Source of the DNA: Opitutaceae bacterium
GTDB lineage: Bacteria; Verrucomicrobiota; Verrucomicrobiia; Opitutales; Coraliomargaritaceae
Assembly: GCA_051252375.1 (NCBI GenBank)
Contig: JBPOFY010000001.1
Coordinates: 288,001 to 352,000 of the forward strand
Reading direction: 5' to 3'
DNA: 64,000 nt
Below are positions 8,820 to 18,678 of the stretch, piece by piece. The translations under genes and the position numbers were made by a program. The notes under the pieces were generated by a model, which saw only the letters and a program-made list of their open reading frames with translations, ran no database searches and had not been told where the DNA came from. The first letter of the stretch is position 1. The number at the start of each line of letters is the position of its first letter.

Positions 8820-10688
8820 CTAGGCGACTTCCTCTATCTCAAGAATCAATTTAATAAAAATCGAACTGTCCGGGCTGAGATTATAAGGTTCTGCGCTAAA
8901 GTCAGGCAGTTCGAACCCGTTCGATTCGGGGGTAAATTCGAGCTCATTCCAACTGCTCGCCGGCACCAGCAGGCTGGTCGTCCAGACGCATTTCAATGTT
9001 AAGCCCCGGGGCACAGGTGTGTGCTCGACACGATCGTTAGACCCTAGCTTGAAATCAAACTTGGACGCGTAGTTCATTGGATCGGTGCCTAAGTCATGCT
9101 CGATCCGATCATTGTAACCATCTCCATCAGTATCTTCGCTACCATCGCCGTCGATGCTTCCAAGATGTTGCTGTTCCCATAGATCAGATAAACCATCTCT
9201 ATCCTTATCGAAACTACATATATAAGAATATATGTCCGCATTCTTGATGTAGAAACGGATTTTCCTCGCATGCTGCAAAGGAGCAGAATCCTCGCTCTCG
9301 CGCCACTGTAAGGCGTGTCGAACACTGTCTCCCTCAAATGGAATACACAGATCACGCGACCAGCCATCGAGGAGTTTTCCGTTTAAATCCAGAAGTTCGG
9401 CCACGATGTAGCCGCCCTCCCCCGTCTTGGCATTAATAGTGATCGAGGGCATGGGTATGTTTTCCATACGGCTGACGAACCAACCCTCGGTATCGCCCGC
9501 TTGAATAGAGCAAAATCCGTCCAAGCGCAGTGTCGCTATCCCGATCGCATTCTCGTTCACAATGTCCCCGTGCGGCGCGTTATTCCCGCCATAATAAAAC
9601 CAAAGCTCATCCCCCATAATAACAGGCTTTCGGGATGTGTAGATCATCTGGCTGTCGAAGTCGTCCTCGCCTCCGCGTTCGATGAATTGATAACGGGGAA
9701 ACGGTCGCGTCCAATTAATCAGATCCCAGCTCCAGGAAAGTTGCACGTCGATCGTCTTCGGGCTACGGCTCTCGGACTGCGCGACATTAACCGAAGTGGC
9801 GTCGCGCCCCTTTACCCAACGAGCATTATAGATCCAGGGCAGACCAACATACATACCTTGATAGGCAAAAGTCGGCATACCGTAGATTTGAGTCTCGTCC
9901 GGATCCAAGTCATCTGGAACGAAGATAGGCCCATCAACTGGAATGCTCCAATCGATGCCGTTCTGAGAAGTTGCAATGCCAACCGAACGCCCTCGACGAC
10001 TAGTCAATTTTCTGGTCGCCACATAGCGCTTCTTGTAAGGGTCGTAGGTGCAATTGACGACATCTCCTGTTGGGAATAGAGGGGTCTGAACCGCTTCGAT
10101 CTCGCCCACCCAAGTCTTACCATCAGCCGAATAGAGCACCCGCGCGGCTTTATTATTATAGCAATACAGGGCATATCGCTTCGCGGGATCACTTTCCCAG
10201 TCTTGCCGAATCACCGATACATTATGAAAACTACCCTCGGTAAATGGCACGACGATATTGTTATTCGAACTAGCGCCATAGGTCACTTGATTGAGAATAG
10301 GTTTCACCCAAAAGATACCATCATCCGACTCGGCATAGCAGGTAATATATTTTACATCCGGTCGATAGGCGTGATACCACATGCGAAATTTCCCCTCTTC
10401 CTCTAGGACAGTGCCGTAAAGATAGGGGCCGGATCGAGTGTCCGAACCTTCCCACCATCGATCCTTGACTATAATCGGATTAGCTGGGTGTTTGTCTGCT
10501 CGGTGAAAAACGCGCTCAGTGTTTTGAGATTTCTCAACAACATAACTATCAAGGAAGAGCCTCCGCCAAGGCCCTTCTTCGGGGCCCGCTAGTGTCTCAA
10601 TAGCGTCCCTAGCAATCTCATGCGGAGTGGCTGCATATGTCTTGCCTGCAAAGAGGAACGCTATGAGTAATAAAATCAGTGCTCGCAT
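8820..10688 (-). CDS. Secreted beta-propeller glycoside-hydrolase-like protein with C-terminal DxDxDG Ca-binding tail
   Basis: Signal peptide; YAESDDGIFWVKP, SADGKTW, SQNGIDW, LRLDGF; DKDRDGLSDLWE...DTDGDG...GTDP. Confidence 0.75.
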   Translation of the reverse strand: MRALILLLIAFLFAGKTYAATPHEIARDAIETLAGPEEGPWRRLFLDSYVVEKSQNTERVFHRADKHPANPIIVKDRWWEGSDTRSGPYLYGTVLEEEGKFRMWYHAYRPDVKYITCYAESDDGIFWVKPILNQVTYGASSNNNIVVPFTEGSFHNVSVIRQDWESDPAKRYALYCYNNKAARVLYSADGKTWVGEIEAVQTPLFPTGDVVNCTYDPYKKRYVATRKLTSRRGRSVGIATSQNGIDWSIPVDGPIFVPDDLDPDETQIYGMPTFAYQGMYVGLPWIYNARWVKGRDATSVNVAQSESRSPKTIDVQLSWSWDLINWTRPFPRYQFIERGGEDDFDSQMIYTSRKPVIMGDELWFYYGGNNAPHGDIVNENAIGIATLRLDGFCSIQAGDTEGWFVSRMENIPMPSITINAKTGEGGYIVAELLDLNGKLLDGWSRDLCIPFEGDSVRHALQWRESEDSAPLQHARKIRFYIKNADIYSYICSFDKDRDGLSDLWEQQHLGSIDGDGSEDTDGDGYNDRIEHDLGTDPMNYASKFDFKLGSNDRVEHTPVPRGLTLKCVWTTSLLVPASSWNELEFTPESNGFELPDFSAEPYNLSPDSSIFIKLILEIEEVA

Positions 10689-10694
10689 AATGGA

Positions 10695-11516
10695 TTAAGC
10701 CCAGCTCATGGCGTAGCCTAGTTTTCGAACTATTTCGTTTTGCGAATGAAAGGCGCCCTTGAGGCTTTCAAAGGTTTGAGGCTTCGCGGGCCTCGGTTGG
10801 CCGGCGTTGAAGGCCGCCGCGTTGGAGAGGTCGTGGCGGGGAATACCCAGAAACTCACAGCTCTGATTGAATATCGCCTGCGTATCCGCATACATGGCCT
10901 CTGCTTCCAAGACTAGTAGTTGATTCTGAGGATAATGTGCGAGCCAACGTTCTAGGCCGGTGGCATAATCACTCCAGGAAAAGTAGCAGCGTTGAGGCAG
11001 ATCGGGGCACTCTCCTGCCATCCAACGTTCGATATTTTCGGGGGAGAACACTTCGTCGATCGGGCGGTCCTCATGGCCGAAACGGACTTGATGGTGGTAG
11101 TGCGACACCGCGCGTGCGGCCGGCTCGCGCAGGATGGCAATAATGCGTGCTTTCGGAACCAGTGCATGGGCTTGCTGGGGCGCCTGCTGCACACAGAGCA
11201 TGATGGGGGTGGCCTCACCGCAGACCAGATTACTCACCTGCAGCTTAGTGCGTAGTGGGAAATGCCGACGGTACCAGCGCTCACCCCGCTCGGGATGGCT
11301 GCAAAAGTAGAAGATTTCTTTAGGAACCGAGCCGACGACCTGAGGATGTTGGCAGAGGTAGTTGAAAAGCGAAGTCGTCCCTGCTTTCTGTGCTCCGATA
11401 ATGAGGAAGTCCGGTAGCGCGCGCTGCGCAGAGTTAAGCTCCCGAAGTTTAAGGTAGGCAGATTTAACCACAGGAGGAATCCGCCCGTTGAGGGCGAGGC
11501 GAAGGGAGTGGAGCAT
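10695..11516 (-). CDS. PAPS-dependent sulfotransferase
   Basis: 5'-PSB PDFLIIGAQKAGTTSL, KEIFYF, GEATP, 3'-PB LREPAARAVSHY. Confidence 0.92.
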   Translation of the reverse strand: MLHSLRLALNGRIPPVVKSAYLKLRELNSAQRALPDFLIIGAQKAGTTSLFNYLCQHPQVVGSVPKEIFYFCSHPERGERWYRRHFPLRTKLQVSNLVCGEATPIMLCVQQAPQQAHALVPKARIIAILREPAARAVSHYHHQVRFGHEDRPIDEVFSPENIERWMAGECPDLPQRCYFSWSDYATGLERWLAHYPQNQLLVLEAEAMYADTQAIFNQSCEFLGIPRHDLSNAAAFNAGQPRPAKPQTFESLKGAFHSQNEIVRKLGYAMSWA

Positions 11517-11560
11517 GCTTGAAAGGGAAAAGCTAAAAGGTGACGTAGCTGCGTGGCGCT

Positions 11561-12583
11561 TTAGCTACGTGTGTAAACTGCAACATATTTCTCCGCGATT
11601 TCCCTACACTGGAAGCGCTGGACGTTCGCAAGTCCCTTCTCGACTAAAGCCGCGCGCAGACTTTGATCACCGAGCAGCCGTTCGAAGCCTTGACGTATCG
11701 ATTCGAGACTCTCCGGATCCACTAAAAGCGCAGACTCACCAGCTACTTCCATAAGCGACTCCATTTCACTGGTCAAGACGGGCCGCCCAGTGGCTTGGGC
11801 TTCCAAGACGGGCAAGCCAAAGCCTTCGTAGGTGGACGCGAAGGCGAGCAGGTCGCAGTCGCGGTAAGCTCGGAGCAGATCTGCATCAGACAAGCGCCCA
11901 AGTTCAGTAAACAGCACCTGAGTTTTCTCTAGGGCTACGCGTTGCGCTTCGGTGAGTTTACCGACAACGTGAACTCTGGCATTTAAGCCGGTTAAGGCCT
12001 GAAACATGCGCTCAATATTTTTTTGCGGGCGGGTGCCGACCATCAGCACGACGGGTGTTTCCGGCCAGTCCTTGTGGACAGGTATGAATTCCGGAGAAAT
12101 ACAATTGGGGATCACCCTTACCTTTTCGGAACGTGCCCCGAAAGTTTGCTCAAGCTCACGGCGAACAGCATGAGAGATCGTCGTCGTTACACTGGCATAG
12201 CGCATGGGCAGGGTGTACCAGAAATAGCTAAAGACTCTGCGGGCCACACCACTTTTCGGACGTAGCGGCGCCAGATCATGAATGGTCAGCACAGTGCGGC
12301 GCCCAGCAATTGCGGGTGTCAGATAGTGGATATCTCCGGTAATGTGCACTACATCGGCGCGGAGGAAAAAAGCCTGTAAGCAATTTAACAAACGAGGAAA
12401 GATGCCATGACTATGAAACCAGGAATGGACAACACGCACTTCGATATCGGACGGAAGCGCTGCGCGTATGTGCTCGAAAAGACGCTCGAAACTATGGTAA
12501 CCCAATTGCGGCTTTCGCAAGAGGTGCACCACGTGCAACTTTCGCGCTGCGGGCTTGCTGGTATTGTTTGGAGGGAAACTCAC
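11561..12583 (-). CDS. Glycosyltransferase family 4
   Basis: TIHDL, STYEGFGLPVLEAQATG (EX7E). Confidence 0.92.
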   Translation of the reverse strand: MSFPPNNTSKPAARKLHVVHLLRKPQLGYHSFERLFEHIRAALPSDIEVRVVHSWFHSHGIFPRLLNCLQAFFLRADVVHITGDIHYLTPAIAGRRTVLTIHDLAPLRPKSGVARRVFSYFWYTLPMRYASVTTTISHAVRRELEQTFGARSEKVRVIPNCISPEFIPVHKDWPETPVVLMVGTRPQKNIERMFQALTGLNARVHVVGKLTEAQRVALEKTQVLFTELGRLSDADLLRAYRDCDLLAFASTYEGFGLPVLEAQATGRPVLTSEMESLMEVAGESALLVDPESLESIRQGFERLLGDQSLRAALVEKGLANVQRFQCREIAEKYVAVYTRS

Positions 12584-12714
12584 GCTAACTTTTTAACCGC
12601 TTATCTACGCTCATCTAAACCGATGGGGAATGTTAATACCTATTAACGCACTATTAGCGAGAAGAAGCGTTTTCTGCCATTTGACAGCTCATTGTTATAC
12701 CGAGCTAGAAAATA

Positions 12715-13566
12715 CTATGACGACGAACTAATAAGCTTTGAATAGGTGCCGGCGGGTTGTCCACCTGAGCGCTGGCACGCGAATCTGCGTAATACCGGCA
12801 GCTTACGGATTACATAAACGATTAAAAAATGTCGGCACAAGAAACGTAGGTGGGCAACATATACCTTGAATTTAAAAGCTATGCTTGGTGCATTTTGAAT
12901 TAGCGACTGGCGTGCCTGTCGTTTCGCGCGGATGCGCGCGCGTTCACTTAATCCTCCTGAAAGAATGAACGCGGCGACCGAAGGTAGATAGTAACCTTTT
13001 GCGCCCGACGCAACCAGCTCTACCATCAAATCATAATCCGCAGCTAAATCATACTTTAACTTAAAAGGCCGCTCAATTAATAAACTACGCTTAACGATAA
13101 GACAGGGGTGTAGCATCGGCGCATGATGTAAAAAGTGTGAAAGTTGTAGGAGTTCCGGCGCTTTTCTCAAAAATTCACGGCCGTCTGCGGCATCGACCGT
13201 CACCCCATCGGCGTAAATATAAGTGCACTCCTCGCGCTGCAATAATGCCTGATATAAACACGCACCAAAACCTTCGGCCAACCAATCGCCTGCATTCAAA
13301 AACAAGATCCAATCACTTTTGGCAGCATCGATAGCCTGATTCATACCATCGAAAACGCCACGATCACGCCCACTGATTTTACGAATTTGAAGTAGAGGTG
13401 CTGCAGGATCTGAAGCGGTGGACTCAGTCAAACTTTCGTCTGTGCCCCACTCCTTAATCAAATACTCCACCTCCTTGAAGTTGCCGAATTCCTGCAAAAC
13501 TGAGGCGTAGGTTTTGCCAAAGTCCTCAGCGGGACTTTTAATAACTGAGACGATAGAGAGTAGCAT
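12715..13566 (-). CDS. Glycosyltransferase family 2 (WcaE-like)
   Basis: DRGVFDGMN, FLNAGD, LAADYDL; start taken at MLLSIVSV. Confidence 0.85.
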   Translation of the reverse strand: MLLSIVSVIKSPAEDFGKTYASVLQEFGNFKEVEYLIKEWGTDESLTESTASDPAAPLLQIRKISGRDRGVFDGMNQAIDAAKSDWILFLNAGDWLAEGFGACLYQALLQREECTYIYADGVTVDAADGREFLRKAPELLQLSHFLHHAPMLHPCLIVKRSLLIERPFKLKYDLAADYDLMVELVASGAKGYYLPSVAAFILSGGLSERARIRAKRQARQSLIQNAPSIAFKFKVYVAHLRFLCRHFLIVYVIRKLPVLRRFACQRSGGQPAGTYSKLISSSS

Positions 13567-13615
13567 GGCGCGGGACTTGCACACCGAGTGAGAGTGAAGG
13601 GGAATGCTCGGCGGT

Positions 13616-14737
13616 TTACATATGACACGTCGAACGCCTATAAAATTCGATCGTTTCGCGGATCCAATTGGAACGTCGCATGGCGGGATCAGGCGGAGTG
13701 GCTACCATTGGTTCGAAAGCTTCGATCACAGATTTGATCGCCGTTACTGTTGGGGCTTCAAAAAACTCCCCATTCTGTCCAGGTTGAATCAGTTCGCGGC
13801 AACCGCGCACTCGATTAGTCAATACGAGCACATGGCGCGCAAGCGACTCCATCACGCTAACTGGCATTCCCTCCCTGCTGGTTGGAAACAGCATCGCATC
13901 GGATACATCTAAATAGGGCATGACATCATCTTGAACCCCTAGAAAACGAATGGCGGGATGTGCTTGGAACTCAGCCCACTCCGTATCGGAAAGGCCAGTA
14001 TCGTGTAGCGGATCACGCTCACCAATAACGATCCAGCGTAAATCAGTTCGCTTTTTAACTGCACTCATGAAAGCACGTGCTGCGAGGTGAAAGCCTTTGT
14101 GCGCGACCAATCGGCCAATAAAAATATATACCACATCTTGCTCTGCAAGCTGTAGCGACCGGCGAAAGGCCAATCGTGCTTCGGGTGTGGGCAAAGCAGT
14201 GTCAAAAAAGCGATCATGGCAACCAAAGCCCCGCGACTCCTGAACTTGAATCGATGCCTGTCGAGTCGCTCGCGAAAGCACCTTATGGTCATCTTCTGTC
14301 AGTACATAGATAGCATCTAATCTAGAAGCTGCGAAAGTTTCAGAAAATCGGATAAGCATGCCACGAAATCCTTTGGAAAACGGAAATTGAATGCCTTGAA
14401 ACGTGCCAACCCATTTTGCACCACAATCCCCTCCGAGTCTTGCGATGGCTGCGGTCAAGATTGCTGAGGAAAAATGCGCGTGTATTACATCCGGGGCGAA
14501 GTCCTTAATGATTTTCCTCACCTCACGACCAGTTTTCAGGTGCCCCACCGGATTGGCACCACGCGGAAAGGATACGTGACGAATTAGCCCTGGTCCATTG
14601 ACTGGTTGATTGGAAATACCGCCACTTGGATTAAACAAAGTGAGCACTTCATGCCCTTCCTCTATTAAGGCAGCAGTCAACTCAGCCAAAAAAACACGGA
14701 AGCTATCTGCTCCAGGAATGATTTGTAAAATACGCAC
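13616..14737 (-). CDS. Glycosyltransferase family 4
   Basis: FIGRLVAHKG, SREGMPVSVMES. Confidence 0.9.
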   Translation of the reverse strand: MRILQIIPGADSFRVFLAELTAALIEEGHEVLTLFNPSGGISNQPVNGPGLIRHVSFPRGANPVGHLKTGREVRKIIKDFAPDVIHAHFSSAILTAAIARLGGDCGAKWVGTFQGIQFPFSKGFRGMLIRFSETFAASRLDAIYVLTEDDHKVLSRATRQASIQVQESRGFGCHDRFFDTALPTPEARLAFRRSLQLAEQDVVYIFIGRLVAHKGFHLAARAFMSAVKKRTDLRWIVIGERDPLHDTGLSDTEWAEFQAHPAIRFLGVQDDVMPYLDVSDAMLFPTSREGMPVSVMESLARHVLVLTNRVRGCRELIQPGQNGEFFEAPTVTAIKSVIEAFEPMVATPPDPAMRRSNWIRETIEFYRRSTCHM

Positions 14738-14755
14738 GGGGTTGACGTTAACGAA

Positions 14756-15568
14756 TTATTGCGAATACCCAATCGCTCGAAGGGCAAAAGCCAGCGACGC
14801 GAGTGGCGCCTGCCACTTAAATATCGAGAACCACGAGCCCTCCTTCGACTTATAACGCTCAGCAGCCAATCGAGCTTGATGAAAGGCACGCACTGAATTG
14901 GACCAATTCTTAAAATGTTTAGAATACAAACGCTCTAATCCAGCAGTACGAGCAGCCGTATTTGTCGAAATACGAGCTTGGTCATGATCTCGATACAATA
15001 TGAGTGGTTCCTGTGTGAGCGTAATCGATTGATTGACTGAAAGCCGGAGCCAAAGATCCCAGTCTTGCATGGACTTCATTTTTGGATCGAAACCTCCTAC
15101 TTCTTGAAACGCACCAGCTTTGACAACCATACTAGAGCAACCTCCTGCTACATTTTGTCGACAGATATCGATTTCACTTAGCTTTTCTTTACGACGCGCA
15201 CGTGGCATCGAGCGCTTCGATGCCATTTCCCAGGACAATGACCACACGACTACGTCAGGACGAGCGGCTATCAATGAATGTAAAGTTTCGATCGCATTCG
15301 GTAAGTATTCGTCATCGTCATCCAAAAAGCAAATGTATGGCTGATCGGCTAGACCAGCGCCTAAATTCCTTGCGGCATTGGCGCCAGAAATTTCAGGCGT
15401 TGAGGCGATTCTTATAGGTAATTTGTCGCTAAAAGCATTTACTTCGGGCTGGTGACCATCCCCGACAACGATCACTTGATCTCCTTCATCGAGACCAGCC
15501 GACACCAATGAACAAAGAGCATGGAGTCCGTTTCGAGCAGGTCCAATGGGAATGATTATTGAAAACAT
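14756..15568 (-). CDS. Glycosyltransferase family 2
   Basis: FSIIIP, GANAARNLG, FLDDDD, GGFD, QDWDLWLRL. Confidence 0.92.
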   Translation of the reverse strand: MFSIIIPIGPARNGLHALCSLVSAGLDEGDQVIVVGDGHQPEVNAFSDKLPIRIASTPEISGANAARNLGAGLADQPYICFLDDDDEYLPNAIETLHSLIAARPDVVVWSLSWEMASKRSMPRARRKEKLSEIDICRQNVAGGCSSMVVKAGAFQEVGGFDPKMKSMQDWDLWLRLSVNQSITLTQEPLILYRDHDQARISTNTAARTAGLERLYSKHFKNWSNSVRAFHQARLAAERYKSKEGSWFSIFKWQAPLASLAFALRAIGYSQ

Positions 15569-15691
15569 GGGCGCACTAAAATCCGAGTGAAAGTGAAGCT
15601 TTGTTTTGCACAGGTAAAGTGAGTATCTCGGCCTTACAAATGAAAGGCTTTTCTAATGGGTCTTTCTTTTATCCACAAATTGCGCTGCAGG

Positions 15692-17308
15692 CTACTCTGC
15701 CTCACGACTAGGGGCACTTTGGTACTCTCGAAATTCACGTGTATCCGCGTTCATTGACGCTTCAAATCCCTTGTTCAGATTAATACAAAACGTTCGACGA
15801 CGTTCGCCCTCTAATTGAAATAACTTTGCACACGCGCAAAGCATACCCACTAGCGCGACCCAATACGCAGGGCTATTTAGAATAAAATCAAATAAGGCGT
15901 GCGTGATGATCACAGCTGTGCCGACCATCAAGTGGAAAGTGGAAAGCGGAAAGTGGAAAGTGTTTTTGACAACAGCGAATATAAGCGAGGCGAAGGTGAG
16001 GACCAGAAGGCTGCATCCGATGACTCCATATTCGGCCCAAAACTGCAGAATGTCATTGTGTGCGTAGTGATAGACACGACGACCGACCCATCCTCTTCTC
16101 TTGTGATAATATCTGTGAAAAATTTCGGGGATTTCCTGTTGATAAATTGGGAAAATATAGCGGAACGAGCCTGCACCCCATCCCATCAATGCGCGATCTT
16201 GAGCCATTGCGTAGGTCGCCTTACTGGAGAATGTGCGAGCGTCCTGATCGGCATTGTCAATCGTTGCGCTAACATCACCGAAGCGCGTCTGTATCGCTTC
16301 AACATCAATATGCTGAATCATAAAAAACGCACCTGCTCCCAAGAGGCCCGCGACGAGTAAGGAGATCGAAATGGAACTGAGGATCCGTCGTGTGGCCATC
16401 AAGACGCGGAGAATGACGCCGAGAATGAAAGCGATCGAGAGCACTGAAGCAAAGAGAATGGATCCGCGGGAAAGGGCGAGGCCTACCGAGGCAACCACTA
16501 GTGCGAAAAAGATAAAAAGCAAAAAATGCGGCCCCCCACTCTGCGCGGCTTCTTCGGCTTTTTTGGCGTGATAGAAATACAACACTCCGATTCCCACTAA
16601 GATAAGATTTAGATAGGCCGCGCCTTGGTTTCGGTAAAAGAACGAGCCCCAGAAATACTTATTGGCGGATTCCAGGGTCCAGAGAACTTTGTCAGCTTGA
16701 GTCAAATCTTGAATAATCGCCACTAATGCCATCCCTGTTCCGCTAAGCACTAGTGCCCATAAAATAAAAATAGCAGTTTTTCGTCGCGTGATCCCTGCCC
16801 AAATACCCCACATTAGAGTGAAGGACGCGGCAAACCATTCAAGCACGCGAAACGCGTTCATTGGTTCATAATTGGACCGCACACTCGTCGGTAGCCACGC
16901 AGCTACGGGAGCCTGTATTTTTTCAACCCACCAGCCTTCTTCGCCGTGCACCACTATAATTGATGGATTGAATGCTTGAATCGTCAGATAGAGCAGAAAG
17001 AGAAAAGAGAACCAAAAGGGAAGCCATGTAAAAACTCGGCGGAACGACTTTTTAGGAAAGCTGAAACTCTTAAAAGCTGAAACTCTTAAACCATGTGTAA
17101 GTGGAACGAGTGCAAAAAACAAAGTCAATATACCGCCAGCGAGCATGACGTGGACGGTCCAGGCAATCACACCAGCGAACCCCCATGCGGTGAACGCAAG
17201 CGTGAGTGAAGCACTAATCGTTACAAGCCACTCTCGTGATGAAACGCTCGGAATACGGTTCCGATGTTGTAATTTTGAATTCAACTGTAAGGAGCGCTCT
17301 CGACCCAA
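15692..17308 (-). CDS. O-antigen ligase/polymerase family membrane protein
   Basis: GSFFYRN, LSRG, GWGAGSF, AHND, HALFDF; start codon uncertain. Confidence 0.85.
   Translation of the reverse strand: MGRERSLQLNSKLQHRNRIPSVSSREWLVTISASLTLAFTAWGFAGVIAWTVHVMLAGGILTLFFALVPLTHGLRVSAFKSFSFPKKSFRRVFTWLPFWFSFLFLLYLTIQAFNPSIIVVHGEEGWWVEKIQAPVAAWLPTSVRSNYEPMNAFRVLEWFAASFTLMWGIWAGITRRKTAIFILWALVLSGTGMALVAIIQDLTQADKVLWTLESANKYFWGSFFYRNQGAAYLNLILVGIGVLYFYHAKKAEEAAQSGGPHFLLFIFFALVVASVGLALSRGSILFASVLSIAFILGVILRVLMATRRILSSISISLLVAGLLGAGAFFMIQHIDVEAIQTRFGDVSATIDNADQDARTFSSKATYAMAQDRALMGWGAGSFRYIFPIYQQEIPEIFHRYYHKRRGWVGRRVYHYAHNDILQFWAEYGVIGCSLLVLTFASLIFAVVKNTFHFPLSTFHLMVGTAVIITHALFDFILNSPAYWVALVGMLCACAKLFQLEGERRRTFCINLNKGFEASMNADTREFREYQSAPSREAE
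15930..15962. repeat. AAGTGGA heptamer array inside ligase gene
   Basis: AAGTGGA AAGTGGA AAGCGGA AAGTGGA AAGTG. Confidence 0.9.
17057..17090. repeat. 16-nt (2x8) tandem repeat inside ligase gene
   Basis: AAAGCTGAAACTCTTA twice. Confidence 0.9.
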
Positions 17309-17349
17309 TCTTTAGGATCGAGGCCACGGTGAATTGCGAAGAAAAGAAA

Positions 17350-18564
17350 CTATGACTTTCCAAGACGATCTAGCTTGTAGTCGCCATTTAGAATATTCTC
17401 CCACCACTCTTTATTGTCCAGATACCACTGAACCGTTTTACGAAAACCGCTTTCGAAATCTTCTTTAGGCTCCCACCCGAGCTCGTCGCGAATCTTTGTG
17501 GGATCGATAGCATAACGCATGTCGTGTCCGGGGCGATCCTTCACAAAAGTGATTAAATCTTGAAAAGATTTTGAGGTTGAGAGGTTGAGAGGTTGAGAGG
17601 TTGAGGGGGAACCTGAATGCTCTGCGCTCGAACCCGCAACTGGCAACTTAAACTGTCCCCCACTTAACTCTTCCCCTAGAATCTCGCAAATCATCTTAAT
17701 CAAATCGAGATTCGTTTGTTCGTTATTGCCGCCGATATTATAAGTTTCACCGAGACGACCTTTCGTTAAGACGGTGTATAGTGCTTCCGCGTGATCGGTT
17801 ACGTAAAGCCAGTCTCGGATATTTTCACCTTTGCCATATACTGGTATCGATTCACCGCGTAGGCATTTCAGAATAACCACCGGAATCAACTTCTCGGGAA
17901 ATTGATACGGTCCGTAATTATTAGAGCAATTGGTGACGAGAACCGGGAGACCGTATGTATCTGCCCATGCACGTGCTAAATGATCAGACGCCGCCTTCGA
18001 CGCCGAATAAGGAGAATGCGGGTCGTAAGGTGTCGTTTCAGAAAACCCGGAAGCCTCTGGTGAAAGCGAGCCATAGACTTCGTCGGTGGAGACGTGGAGG
18101 AATCTAAAAGATGCCTTAGTTGGAAGGTGGAAAGGTTCTAAAGTATGAAGGTCCTTTCCCTTAACTTTCTCACTTTCACACGTTTCTACTTTTTCACTAC
18201 CTTCTTCAAGCGAACGCCAATACTCGAGTGCCACCTGAAGCAGGTTAAAAGTGCCGACAATATTGGTCTGAATGAACTCTCCGGGACCATCAATAGAGCG
18301 GTCGACGTGGCTCTCTGCGGCCAAGTGCATGACTGCATGTGGTTGGTGCTTTTGAAACACCGCCTGGAGCGCTCCCATATCACAGAGATCCACTTGCTCG
18401 AAAACATAGTTTGGGTGATCGGCAATATCGGCCAGTGACTTGGCGTTACCCGCATAAGTGAGCTTATCGACATTGATGACTGATACGCCCTTCTCTTGAA
18501 CAAGAAGGCGAACGAGATTGGAACCGATAAATCCGGATCCACCGGTGACTAAAATTTTATACAT
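17350..18564 (-). CDS. rfbB: dTDP-glucose 4,6-dehydratase with two repeat-derived in-frame insertions
   Basis: [48 protein letters not shown]. Confidence 0.97.
   Translation of the reverse strand: MYKILVTGGSGFIGSNLVRLLVQEKGVSVINVDKLTYAGNAKSLADIADHPNYVFEQVDLCDMGALQAVFQKHQPHAVMHLAAESHVDRSIDGPGEFIQTNIVGTFNLLQVALEYWRSLEEGSEKVETCESEKVKGKDLHTLEPFHLPTKASFRFLHVSTDEVYGSLSPEASGFSETTPYDPHSPYSASKAASDHLARAWADTYGLPVLVTNCSNNYGPYQFPEKLIPVVILKCLRGESIPVYGKGENIRDWLYVTDHAEALYTVLTKGRLGETYNIGGNNEQTNLDLIKMICEILGEELSGGQFKLPVAGSSAEHSGSPSTSQPLNLSTSKSFQDLITFVKDRPGHDMRYAIDPTKIRDELGWEPKEDFESGFRKTVQWYLDNKEWWENILNGDYKLDRLGKS
17573..17655. repeat. GAGGTTGA x4 octamer arm plus CAACT arm inside rfbB
   Basis: Four perfect GAGGTTGA at 17573-17604; CGCAACT GGCAACT TAAACTG at 17635-17655. 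Confidence 0.88.
18121..18205. repeat. Inverted 8-nt-period arms inside rfbB
   Basis: TGGAAGGT GGAAAGGT TCTAAAGT ATGAAGGT ... AACTTTCT CACTTTCA CACGTTTC TACTTTTT. Confidence 0.8.
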
Positions 18565-18678
18565 AATTTTGTATTAGTATGTTTAACATAAGGGCAGCTC
18601 TAACCTATGTGTTTTTAAACTGCCGATGGATGAATAAGCGGTCCCCGACGCAGTCGGACCTAGATTCAGACTCATCAG

